Of a stretch of DNA of 64,000 nt, positions 11,341 to 23,464 are shown in pieces. How positions within the stretch are numbered: the stretch's first letter is position 1; every line of letters starts with the position of its first letter. This DNA is from Octopus bimaculoides. Lineage: Eukaryota. Location: assembly GCF_001194135.2 (NCBI RefSeq), contig NC_068987.1, positions 19,343,405 through 19,407,404 on the forward strand, given 5' to 3'. The notes under the pieces were generated by a model that saw only the letters and a list, made by a program, of their open reading frames with translations, made no database searches and was not told the origin of the DNA. Both the position numbers and the translations under genes were made by a program.

Positions 11341-13074
11341 TTCCAGCACTGCTTCGAATAGCGGAAAACGCACCTGGGCCAAGGCATTGCTTCAAAAGAA
11401 TACTCTGAAGGCGGTAAAAGTGAAAACATGTAAAACTAAGTGAATAAAAATATTATTGCAAAATTCCGGTTTCTTTTGGGTACCCCCTCATAGAACCAAG
11501 AAACATGTGCTTCTTAATCACACAGCAGTACCTATATATCATCATCATCATCAGTTAGCATCTGCTTTCCATGGTAGCATGGACTGGACGGTTCCACAGG
11601 GACTGGCAAGTCAGAAGACTGCACCAATTTCTGTTGACTGCTTTGGTATGGTTTCTATGAGTGGATACCTTTCCTAATGCCAACAACTTTATAGAGTGTA
11701 CTGAATGCTTTTTACACAACACCAGTAGCAGTGAGGTCACCAAGTAACTCACAACTACTCAAAGACAATAATGGTTTCAAATTTTGGTACAAGACCAAAC
11801 AATCTTATGGGGAGTGGGTAGTCAATTACATCAACTGGTACTTATTTTATTGAACCCCAAAGATGGAAGGCAAAGTCAACCTTGGTGGAATTTGAAACTC
11901 AAAGATAACAATGCTACCTGCCTTCTAAAGGGTTGAAGAAGCAAACACATAGCAAAAACAAAATGATCTTGGCAAGATTTGAACCCATGAACTGTAAGAT
12001 ATTTTTAAGCCTCTGTCTTATAAATGATGATAATGATACAACCAAAGAAAGAAAACAAACAAGATTTTACAAAAGATTTTAGCAAAATTATTTTTATTTG
12101 AAATCACATAGAAAATATAAAAATATCACGGAGAAAATACACACACACACGTGTGTGTATGCCTGTATATATATATGTATATATATATATATGTATATAT
12201 GTGTGTGTGTGTGAGTGCATGTATATAATTTAAGCATGACTAATTATTAGTTTCAATGATTTCATCTCAATTGAAAAAGGCACATTGTTTTTATTGCATT
12301 CAGGTTAAATAACGAGCCATGAAAGTTTTAAAGTTTTTCATTTTAGAAAGGATAGTTTCAATGCTTTTTTACCGTTTCCATTTTCCCACTCTTTTGCTTT
12401 CAAGAATAGGTTGTTATTGAAATTCTTCTTCATACAGAAAGATTCAAATGGTTATAGATGACATTGCTGTTTAGTCCTAAACCAGCCCTGATTGAGCTGT
12501 CCTGTCACCAAAAGCAATCCAGCCATGCCTATCCAATTTTATTTTATATTCTAGATAAATTAGCCAACGTATTTTTAATTTTTAAAAAGTTTTTAAGCTG
12601 GTAGGAGATGATTTGAGGAAAATTTGACTGCTATTTTTAGTAGGTAGAATAATTGCACAAAGTTTCTTTCAATGGCTTGAAATTAACATAATTCTGATTC
12701 TAGGTACAATCCACATTCAGAGTTCATAAAATGAATGAACAATATTTATCTTTACAAATCAGATCACACATAATGTCTATACTGGTAAAACCAGCTCCAG
12801 TTAATATTTTTTTTTACAAGGCTTCGTTGGCAAAAACAATTTTGTACATTGACTCTCTCTCTTTCATCTCACACACACACACACACATGAATTTTACACT
12901 GAATAGTGTATGAGTATAGACAATGCCAAACTTAAAACAGTTTGGATATTTGCATTAAATCAGTAATACTTTAACATCTAGATATTTGTAACAAGCAGGG
13001 ATTCAACACCGTTTTTTCATATACATTAGCTCAATACTGTGCTATGTTTGACAGGCAACAATCCATATTAATAA

Positions 13075-13080
13075 TTTATT
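13075..13080 (-). terminator. Candidate AATAAA polyadenylation signal of the SDR gene
   Basis: tttatt on the plus strand, 75 nt past the stop codon; another candidate lies near 12093-12098. Confidence 0.35.
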
Positions 13081-13154
13081 TAAACAGTGAAACTTGAGGG
13101 AAGTTCAACATCTTATTTTCCATTTCATAGATTTCAGTGACCGCAGTACTGTTA

Positions 13155-14109
13155 TCACAGTTCTTCTTTTACAAATGGGTAGTCAATACCGTAGACTGCT
13201 CTGAGTCCAGTCAGAACTTGTAATGGCCGTCTTGTCAAATGTTTTTGCATCATATGAATAACATCCCGTCTTGGAATCTCATATTTTTCCTCTTTGATGG
13301 CCTTTTCATAAAAGGCTATTATTTCTTTCAGAATTTTCTCCCAACTTGTTGGTTTCCAGTTCAGTTTTTCTTTAGCTTTAGATACATCGACAGGGCCTAA
13401 CTTCACTGATGGGAAGAGATAAATAGAGCTTGAAGTCAGAGGTTCAATGAAAATATTCAAATCTGTTAGGTTAAGGGAATCCTTTATATCACTAAGGACT
13501 TCATACAGTGTTGGGGTTTCGTCAATGGCTAAATTGTAAGCTTCATTGTTAATGTCTTCACTACCTGTTAGATACTGCACAATTATATCTGCCACATCTT
13601 CAACATAAACTAAACTCATCTCTTGTTTAACTAAATTTGCAGGAAGTGACACAGGTCTTTCAAGATATGTGCGTATTTTCATCCACAACTGATAAAGCCA
13701 CCACCGGTAAGTGTTATCCTTGGGACCAATAACATCGGGAAGACGATATATTAGAAATGGTATTTTATCTGCTTCTGGTTGTTGCTGAAGTTCTTCTTCA
13801 CACTGAAGTTTCAAATGACCATAGTTGTCATTTTTGGCATAGTCCTCTCTCATGGTTTCAGCAAATGGACGAACTGCATCTGTCTCTTTGCTAGGTGCTG
13901 TGTGATTTTTCATGCACACATCATATACTGAATCTGTACTAATTAAAACATATAGACCAACTTTGGAACGGAAAATCGCCAGAACTTCTCTGACTGCAAA
14001 AGGATGATAGGCACTAAAATCAATGATTGCATCAAAATATATGGATGAGCTTGTTTTGAAGAAGTCGACCAAGTCTTGACAATTGTAAAGTGACTGCATA
14101 CGATCACAT
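13155..14109 (-). CDS. Extended/atypical SDR (NAD(P)-dependent epimerase/dehydratase-like), exon 2 of 2, ending in KEEL
   Basis: Acceptor ttcctttacag|A; encodes K-CDRMQSL...VLISTDSVY...YGHLK (YxxxK)...RLPDVIGP...LVYVEDVA...FVKEEL* with TGA at 13157-13155. Confidence 0.9.
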
Positions 14110-14329
14110 CTGTAAAGGAAGGAAATAAAAATATACATATATATATATTTATATTAGTGAAAACTTTTTTCAATAATCAATTATATTGTTTTGAAAGAAT
14201 TTAGTTACTTATTTTAATTTTATTTAAATTTATTTACTTCCAATGAATCTAATTTTATGCCCTCTTGAAGTGTGCTTATGTCATAGGTACAAACTAAAGG
14301 CCTTTGAGGTTTGTAGTTATATTGAAGTA

Positions 14330-14700
14330 TACAGGCAAAAGACAGGCATATCTGTAAAAATGTGATTGTGTTGGAAAACAAAGATCCCTTTGTATCAGTT
14401 TAGAGTTGAGTCTGTAAGGTGAAGATGTTTTCATGTTTGGTCAGAGTTGTGATGGTATTGAAAGTCATGAGAATAAGAACTCAAAGAAACAGTTGAGAAA
14501 GTGATTGAGTAATGAGAAGCATGGGTTTGGTTGTGCAAACAAAGCGGATAGAGGGAGTTGTTGTAGACATGATGAAAATGGATGACATCTGTATGTAATA
14601 TTCTGAAAGTCATTGAGGACTTCAATGATGTCAAAAGTGATTCCATTGATGGAAAATGTTGGTGACATTAAGTAGAATCCAAAAGAAAATGTTTAATAAA
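14330..14700 (-). mobile_element. Possible highly decayed CR1/L2-like RT C-terminal fragment
   Basis: SPTFSINGITFDIIEVLND resembles the F.ING..L..V...DLG segment; many stops. Confidence 0.3.
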
Positions 14701-16770
14701 CATACTATGCTCAAATTAGGAATCCACATGTTTTTGATTCAATCATTTCCAAAGAATTTTTTTTTTTTTTGTCAATATGATGTAAATTGAAAAATCAGCA
14801 CTTCCTTGCCAAGCATCATATGCATGTCTCTAATTTCTCACTGACACTAAGCTACAAATTTGTAGGGAAAGGGTATATTTATTTGAATAAACCAGGGTAC
14901 ATTATTATTAATTAATTATGATAATGAAGTAATGAAAAGTAAAATCAACCTCAGTGGAATTGAAACACAATATAAACAAAAAAAAAACTAAATGCTGTAA
15001 TGCATCCAATCTAGCATTTAACATATCCGTCACTCTTTTGCTTTTATCTACTCTGTTGTTTAGACTAAGGCTGCTCTGATCAAACAAACTAATGATCAAA
15101 GGTGTCCCAACTGTGACCATCCTGTCATTGTTTAGACAGTACATCTAGAACTACATTTAATGTACTTTTTCTCCTTTAAAGATAGTAAGGTGCAATTTGA
15201 AGGGTATTTGGCTACTATTTCTAGTTGGTAGAATGACTGCATAGAGATCCCCACACTGGCCTGTTATTTAGGGTGAGGGTTAAAGCTACGAAATGAAAGA
15301 ACCAGAAATGGTTCTAACAACAATGAAAATACTACAGGACAAGTAGATAGCTAGAACAAACAATTCCTTCCCATATACTTGTCTACAACCCTGGTGTCCC
15401 AGTGACCACAACACATTTTCTCCCTCTCAGACAAATAACTAGGTTCTGCACTCTTCACAGCAACTGGATTTATCAAACTTTCCTGTAGGAGTAAACATCT
15501 ACTCCATTGGCATGCAGAAGAAGTAGGCAGTAACGTTTTCAAAAGGTACTTTTCTATTATTGACAGCCAATTTTTATTTTTATCTACTAAAGGATTAGTA
15601 AATAAATCATACTTCTGAGACGGGTATAATAGTTGATTGGTGAACTTTCACAATAGCTATCACTACATCTTGGAAATGGAAAACTATTACACCTATCTCA
15701 CAAGTGTATTAGTTTCTTTACTAATCCTACAGTAAATAAAAAGTTGGCTCTATATTATTATAGGAAAGTATCTTTAAAAATATATCTCCACTGAGACATA
15801 TTTTCAGAGAAAGGTCTTTCATGGACAAGTCCTGACCTCCAGTTTTTTGTCACAAAACTTATGTACTAAGGGACAAGAAGATAATAGCAGGTAATACAGG
15901 ACAATCTAAGGTGTAATACAGTACATTTTATCTATTTAGCACAATGGTAATTTAGAATACTAACACAAAACCATTTTTCTGCCATGGCCTGTGATATTTC
16001 TTGGTACCATCTGTAGCTCACCCACTGTCAACACTAAATATCAAAAATCAATATTCAAACATAAATTTAGTTCACGTTATAAGAAAATATTAAAAAAATA
16101 CAAATATTTGAAAGATACAAATATCAAAGAGAAAAAAAAACAAAAAAATTAAAGTGTGATTGTTATCGATATGCATACAATTTTTCCTAAATATACTTGT
16201 GTTAGTGACCTATAAAAATTGGTTCATGACCCACTTCTAGGACATATGGTCCAGCTTGTGTGTTTACAGGTTTAGAGAACAGGGAACAAGTTAATGTGTG
16301 ATATCTATGCTTAAAACAGAAAAAATTGTATCAATGGTTAAGTTTACTGACTTTGTTCAATTATATAAACTAAAACAAACCAAGAAAGTCTCTACATATT
16401 CATTCAATCTGTTGGAAATAGGAGCCAAATGTTCCCTGAATCACACCTTTCTGCCTGAAAAGGGGAGAGACATATTGGATGAAATACTTCTGGATATTCT
16501 AAGTCTGAGACGAAGAAAAGAAAGAAAAAAGAAAAAGAAAGACAGGATTTCACAGCTGGGAAATCTTTTATCATAAGATGAGAGATGGTGTTAAAGAACA
16601 GTTTAAACCAAAAGGGATGAAATAGGATTTAAATGAAATGTAAAATTATCATTCCAATTTCTTTTTTAACCAGTCAGTCAGGGAAGGGACAGTGCCCATA
16701 ACAAATGCAGAACCTCCCAGACGTGATACTACTCTGGTTGAGGGCCCTTATCTGTAAGTCAGCGTCTGAT

Positions 16771-17065
16771 GTTGTTGTTGTTGGCACTCCATCGCTTACG
16801 ACATCGAGGGTTCCAGTTGATCTGATCAACGGAACAGCCTGCTCGTGAAATTAACGTGCAAGTGGCTGAGCACTCCACAGACACGTGTACCCTTAACATA
16901 GTTCTCGGTGATATTCAGCGTGACACAGTGTGACAAGGCTGACCCTTTGAGTTACAGGCACAACAGAAACAGGAAGTAAGAGTGAGAGAAAGTTGTGGTG
17001 GAAGAGTACAGCAGGGTTCGCCACCATCCCCTGCCGGAGCTTCGTGGAGCTTTAGGTGTTTTCAC
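16771..17065 (-). mobile_element. SINE family A, cut by N-gap
   Basis: Matches the family A body and AAC tail. Confidence 0.85.
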
Positions 17066-17775
17066 NNNNNNNNNNNNNNNNNNNNNNNNNNNNNNNNNNN
17101 NNNNNNNNNNNNNNNNNNNNNNNNNNNNNNNNNNNNNNNNNNNNNNNNNNNNNNNNNNNNNNNNNNNNNNNNNNNNNNNNNNNNNNNNNNNNNNNNNNNN
17201 NNNNNNNNNNNNNNNNNNNNNNNNNNNNNNNNNNNNNNNNNNNNNNNNNNNNNNNNNNNNNNNNNNNNNNNNNNNNNNNNNNNNNNNNNNNNNNNNNNNN
17301 NNNNNNNNNNNNATATATATAGTGAGAGATGATGAAGAGCAGATGTTATTTCCTTTTTCTGGTATTTCCTGTCACTTCTTCCATCTTTCCTACACAACCC
17401 CACTTCCTGCCAGTGTACTTTCACAATCTCTGTTATAAAATTACTACTTGGCATTATTAGGGAGCCTTTTCACAGTCGCTCGACCTACTAGAAATAGCAG
17501 CCAAACATCCCTCAATTACACCTTATTGCAGTTGGGTCCCAACTTGGTTCCTTGGGCTTCTCTACTCAACTCCTAGGAGAAGTAATTTAGAATTAGAATG
17601 AGTTTAACAAGACGAAGAAGCATGATGGTGTGATGTTTGAAGGAGAATCTGAGAGTCGAGAGGCCACCCTTATTCTGGCTGACAGTGCACAGGGATTTTA
17701 CATCAATGGCATCAAAACTAGGCCTCAATTTTGCCAATTTATTTGTTGGCCATGCTGAAGCTCAAATTTTCAACC

Positions 17776-18100
17776 CAGGGCCAAACTAAGACCCACTGAT
17801 GCCCTAACCACTTAAAAGATTTTGGTGCCCTCATATGTATGTAATTCAAAATATAAACAATAATAAACTATAAAATAAATTTTTATTTTTCAAAATGAAA
17901 AAAAAACTAACAGTAAAATGGAAAATAATGTTTATTTTTGAATACTTCCACTTTATTTATATTTCAAAAGTCTTCTTCTGTTCTTTTTAATAGCAAAGTC
18001 TTTGATCAGATCCTCAGAATTAATCTTACACAATACATTTACTTTTATACTTAGTAGAGATAAGGCATCCCAAATATTAATTTAACAAGTTTAAAGTGAT
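17776..18100 (-). mobile_element. hAT transposon 3' end remnant
   Basis: Translation DALSLLSIKVNVLCKINSEDLIKDFAIKKNRRRLLK* resembles the tail of the hAT dimerisation domain; terminus reads CAGGGCC... at 17776. Confidence 0.7.
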
Positions 18101-19231
18101 TTCTTTTATGCTGTAAACCATTTACCATTTCTGTACCATTTCTTCCCCTAATGCCTTTGCTCAATGGTTAATCTGGCACATGGGTCAACCCTTGACCTAC
18201 ATGGTTGTTACATCAATGACTCTATGAATACCATCTTATATAAGAGAGAGCAACTGATACTTTTCATGTTCCCCATCAATAATCTTCATACACCACTTCA
18301 ATACTTCTATCAACTACTTTGTCATTTCTCTATCAGTTAATGACTCCTACCTCTCCACATTGATCTTCTATAAATCTACAGACTTTCCTAACCCAACTTT
18401 TTTTCCTAACATCACACTCACAGCAAGTCTACCATCCCCTTCTCACAATTCTTTCTTATCCATTTCATCTACAGCAGAAGTCTTGACTTCATTTCCAAGT
18501 CAAATGAATGCATAATTTTTCTTCTCGCATGGATCAAATGTTGTGGATACTGCTATCCACTGAACCCAATTTATCAGTTTTACTACTTCACTCACTCTCC
18601 AGGAATCCAGACCCTGCCCTATCACTTTCACTCTGTGACACAGCCATTTCTGTACGCTCTTCTTCCAATGTCCACTTCTTTCTGCTATCTGACCCTGAAA
18701 CCGCTTCTCTCATTTTTGAAAACTTCACTCTGACTCATCCTGGCATATCCATATACTCCCTGCTTCAATGTCTTATTGTCCCTTCAGCTCCCATACTCTA
18801 CTAGTATAATGTCAATATGATCAACCACTTTGACTACACCTCCCCTAACTTATACTGCATAAGAGAAACAGGTTGCTGTTCAGAAGATAGGTTCCATAAA
18901 CATTTGCTGGGGGTCTGTAACAATGACCAGGGAGTTGTCAAACTCAGAGCTTTCTAATTTGATTTGCCTGGTTACTCCTCTGACCATCTCTCAGTCTATA
19001 CACAAACACAGGGTACAACTTTCCTAAACCATAGCAATTGCTTTCCTACAGTTTTAATATACATCTCAACTTACTCTAATTCTGCTCTTTTAAACTGCTT
19101 ACATTGCTATGTGATGTCTATTTGCATACATTGTGGTTTGCTTATGCATGTCTGTATGTTTATGTATTGTCTAGTTATATATATTGCATATAACATGATG
19201 CACACACTGCTTCTATGACTGTACACATTAT

Positions 19232-19585
19232 TCTTTTACTCTTTTACTTGTTTCTGTCATTTGACTGTGGCCATGCTGGAGCACCGCCTTTAGTCGAGCA
19301 AATCGACCCCAGGACTTATTCTTTGTAAGCCTAGTACTTATTCTATCGGTCTCTTTTTGCCGAACAGCTAAGTTACGGGGACGTAAACACACTAGCATTG
19401 GTTGTCAGGCGATGGTGGGGGGACAAACACAGACACACAAACATATATATATATATACATATATACGACGGGCTTCTTTCAGTTTCCGTCTACCAAATCC
19501 ACTCACAAGGCTTTGGTCGGCCTGAGGCTATAGTAGAAGACACTTGCCCAAGGTGCCACGCAGTGGGACTGAACCCGGAACCTAT
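19232..19585 (-). mobile_element. SINE family B (5'-truncated)
   Basis: Reverse-complement match to family B. Confidence 0.85.
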
Positions 19586-19748
19586 GTGTAACATATTTGC
19601 AGTGCCTAGCATTATTGTACTCTTTATAATTTCCACTCTCTGCTCCCTTCCCACTTCTTGCCAACGACTACAATAGATTTCTGCCCTTCCTGTCTCTGGA
19701 CATTATTGCCTTAATAATTCAGACCATTCTTTATTATTATTAGGGTAG

Positions 19749-19780
<32 letters not shown>

Positions 19781-20282
19781 CTCTATTAGTCATACATAGG
19801 GCTCAATACATTTATATACAGAAGCCTACAAGCATGCATATATATTGGGCTGTACAATATACAATCAAACGGGACAGTACATTTTTCGAGGAGTATTTAA
19901 ATATTTAAATGGTAGTTTTCGTTTGTCTTTAACTAATTTATAGCCTCTCAGTTTTTTGAAACATTTCGAGAGAGTTGGACTGCTGCCAAGAAAGTTTGTG
20001 ACTTGGTTTGTGTCCCGCTATGTTGAAATACTAGACGATAGTCACCCCTAGTGTTATGTACAATTGAGGAAATATGCAAGCCTCTATTTTGTTTGTTTAT
20101 TTACTCACTGTTGTATTTTTTACACCCACGCTTTCTTTTCGCCATTTTTCTCTTGAAAATTGTCTTATTTTTTTCCCCGCTGAACTATCTGTTGTTCTTA
20201 GGAAATTTGATAATAATATTCTCAAATGTAACCCCCCCCCCCAATTTCTCTCTTCACGACAAAATTGAAACTAAAAACTTAC

Positions 20283-20536
20283 TTGAGATGTCGAACATAC
20301 GGTTTAATCAAAACATTTGAGTCCCAATACCAGTTGCCGCGGTTAATTATAGTGATGGAATGGTCGGTCTTCAAGAGCCGAGACACGGTAGCAGAACCGA
20401 TAAAACCGTTTCCACCGAACACCAAAATTGACAACCGTCTATTTTCATGAGAAGCAGAATCTACCAAGGTTGTGGACAGTACAAAAATAATACTGGGTAC
20501 TACGGTTAAAACGACAAATAATCTCAGAGAAGTCAT
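20283..20536 (-). CDS. SDR exon 1 of 2: signal-peptide-like leader plus Rossmann GGNGFIG motif
   Basis: ATG 20536: MTSLRLFVVLTVVPSIIFVLSTTLVDSASHENRRLSILVFGGNGFIGSATVSRLLK..INRG; donor AA|gtaagt (phase 2) joins exon 2; 254+955 nt = 402 aa + stop. Confidence 0.9.
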
Positions 20537-20931
20537 CGTTGCAACTTTTGCTGAGCTTTGTAAAAGATGTTGATGCTGTGTCAAGTATGAGGGGGGATAA
20601 CTCTATAGTTTGCCTTACCGTCGAGGGGAACAGCCAAATGGAAGAGTGGGGAAGACACAAGAATCTCAGCTATGTCAACAAAGATATAAAGTTATTTCTT
20701 CGGAAAATGGTCCTACTTAAGAAGTCAAAACTCATGTGGCTTCCAGACATGATAATTTATTCATCGTCATGAACGTCACAAAAAGATTTCAAAGAAGAAA
20801 CATTTAATTGTTCTTCAGCTTTACGCTTTTATACCTTTTTTAAAAATTTGTTATTGTTTCTTTTCATATTAATATATATTATATCGTTTTCAGTCTGTCA
20901 TGGCTTACCAGCTTTACAAGGACGCTTTAGA

Positions 20932-21304
20932 TTGTTGTTGGCACTCCGTCGCTAACGACGTCGAGGGTTCCAGTTGATCCGATCAACGGAACAGCCTGCT
21001 CGTGAAATTAACGTGCAAGTGGCTGAACATTTCACAGACACGTGTACCCATAACGTAGTTCTCGGGGGATGTTCAGCGTGACACAGTGTGACAAGGCTGA
21101 CCCTTTGAATTACAGGTACAACAGAAACAGGAAGTAACAGTGAGAGAAAGTTGTGGTGAAAGATTACAGCAGGGTTCGTCACCATCTTCTGCCGGAGCCT
21201 TGTGGAGCTTTAGGTGTTTTTGCTCAATAAACACTCACAACGCCCGGTTTGGGAATCGAAACCGCGAGTCCGCTGCCCTAACCACTGGGCCATTGCGCCT
21301 CCAC
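20932..21304 (-). mobile_element. SINE family A with 11-bp target-site duplication
   Basis: acgctttagat at 20922-20932 and 21306-21316. Confidence 0.9.
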
Positions 21305-21789
21305 AACGCTTTAGATATTAAATAAATAAATAAACAGCTATTTTAAAGGATTATATTACAAGGGAAATAACTTGTTAGAGACATGAAAAATGCTTAGTTT
21401 TAAAAGAAAGGAGAATTGCACTCCATCGGAAAAAGTTCTATGTGGTCGTTCGGCTTGGTAGAAATAACAACCAAATCTTCACCGGCTGAGTAAAAGAGAG
21501 AAAAAATAGTCACTCTTGGGATACACTAAAGACTGGGTGGTGACTTGATCTTTAATCAGCTTGGGTAATGGAACATCTCTCAAACCCATTCCCAGAAAGC
21601 AGGACATTGCGTATATTGTTATAATGTGCCATAGCAAAAATTTTCCATCGACATCTTGCAACCGTTACCTTGATGATTTTGTTCCAATAGTCTGCCAGGC
21701 ACCACTCTACAACAGATCTTATGTGGACGAGCCAACCAGCTCAACACAAATGAACAAGCAACTCCACAACAGATCTTTTCCAACGCAGC

Positions 21790-22290
21790 TTCCCACCATT
21801 TGTTGCTATCTTTTGTCATCTCCTTCATGATCTTGAGATCAGCTTTTACCACTTCTGCCCATGTCTTCTTTTTCCACATTTTCAATTCATTAGGACATCC
21901 TGGCACTTCTTTACCCATCTGTTCCATATGTTGTATGTCCATACCAAGGCAATATATCATCATCCTTAAACATCTGTTCTTCATACTGGCATGCGTTGGA
22001 CGGTTTGACAGGAGTTAGCCAGTTGGAGGATTGCCCTGGGCTCCATTCGTCTGTTTTGGCATGGTTTCTATGACTGGATGCCCTTCCTAATGCCAACCAC
22101 TTTATGGAATGTACTAGGGGCTTTTACCTGGTATCTGCACAGGCACTTTTACATGGCACCAGTATGCACAAGCCCGCAAGTCTAAGATCTTTAAGCTGAG
22201 ACAGGGATGTAGAGGACATGCTTGTATGCATGGACAGCCACGATTCTACTTAGCTTAGCATTTCTTCTCAAGCACAGCAAATGGCCAGAA
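21790..22290 (-). mobile_element. RTE-type LINE fragments (RT C-terminus plus a 3'-UTR/GAT-tail copy)
   Basis: PWYGH and KKTWAEVVKADL motifs; adjacent ggaagggcatccag...catcatc tail unit. Confidence 0.6.
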
Positions 22291-22595
22291 GTCTCAGTGT
22301 ATGCATATATATAGGTGTAGACGATCTTTAATCCAAAGTTGGTACAAATCCAATAAAGAATCTACAAACTGTTTCCAAGCCTAATTAATTCCAAAAACAA
22401 AACGAAAAAATTTATCCTTTCGAAATTAAAATTAGGCTTTTCTTCAGGAATTTGTTATTGGAGTGAATAGGTTCGACCAACAGGAAAAAAAAAAAGAAAG
22501 ACTTTTAATAGCCTAGACAAGAACAAACAATTAAATTCTGATAGAAGGAAATTACCCAAATTTAATTGTTTGTTCCTGTCTGAGCTATTAAAGGT

Positions 22596-22627
<32 letters not shown>

Positions 22628-22950
22628 NNNNNNNNNNNNNNNNNNNNNNNNNNNNNNNNNNNNNNNNNNNNNNNNNNNNNNNNNNNNNNNNNNNNNNNNN
22701 NNNNNNNNNNNNNNNNNNNNNNNNNNNNNNNNNNNNNNNNNNNNNNNNNNNNNNNNNNNNNNNNNNNNNNNNNNNNNNNNNNNNNNNNNNNNNNNNNNNN
22801 NNNNNNNNNNNNNNNNNNNNNNNNNNNNNNNNNNNNNNNNNNNNNNNNNNNNNNNNNNNNNNNNNNNNNNNNNNNNNNNNNNNNNNNNNNNNNNNNNNNN
22901 NNNNNNNNNNNNNATATATATATATATAAGTAGACAACCACCATATATAT

Positions 22951-23464
22951 TATGAAGTCACTTGGAATGGTTCCAGAAGATATAGAAACCCTCGCCTCAG
23001 ATCGAGTTGGATGGCGAACAAAAGTGTGGAATGGAATGAAAGCGTTTGAAGAGACCAGGATAACGCAAGCAAGACTCAAAAGATATTTAAGGAAGAATGT
23101 AAAGATCGAGAAGGTAAATGACAAGGACCTTTTTGTGTGCTCAGTCTGTGACAGACCATGCCTGTCCTCAAATCTCAGCTGCGAACCCATGGAAAACAAA
23201 CTTCAACCAATTATTCTGACTATATGTCTGTGCACACGTTTGAATGTGGTGTGTGCCAGAGGGCTTGCAAATCCAATGGGGGTCTTAAAAGACATGTTAG
23301 GATCCACAATGAGCAGAACTTACCTGCAAGTATTGGTAGTTCAAATCAGAGGTGCAATCTGTGTGGGTGTTTTTTTCAGAACATTGTCTGGTTTAAAAAG
23401 CCACATCAGATGCCATGAAAGGGCTAAGGTGTAGGTACAGGAGGTGGTCAAACTCTATGCAAGG
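22951..23464 (+). mobile_element. RTE-type LINE 3' end encoding three C-terminal C2H2 zinc fingers (frameshifted)
   Basis: LASDRVGWRTKVWNGMKAFEE (RTE ..DR..WR....G...FE), then FVCSVCDRPCLS/LKSQLRTH, FECGVCQRACKSNGGLKRHVRIH, QRCNLCGCF/FRTLSGLKSHIRCH. Confidence 0.8.

Noticed and set aside
16982-17454. Long ORFs spanning N-gaps (also 22455-23199, 29711-30430, 41662-42298, 43758-44111, 49499-49994, 53310-53982, 61310-61891)
   Set aside because: They are open only because N codons translate as X.
18120-19010. Purine-rich minus-strand block suggestive of an old LINE
   Set aside because: No diagnostic RT or endonuclease motif could be reconstructed in any frame.
20537-20584. Extension MTQHQHLLQSSAKVAT of SDR exon 1, and a possible 43-nt 5'-UTR intron (20618-20576)
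   Set aside because: The extension begins at TTG; the ATG at 20536 gives a proper signal peptide. The 43-nt intron is probably too short.
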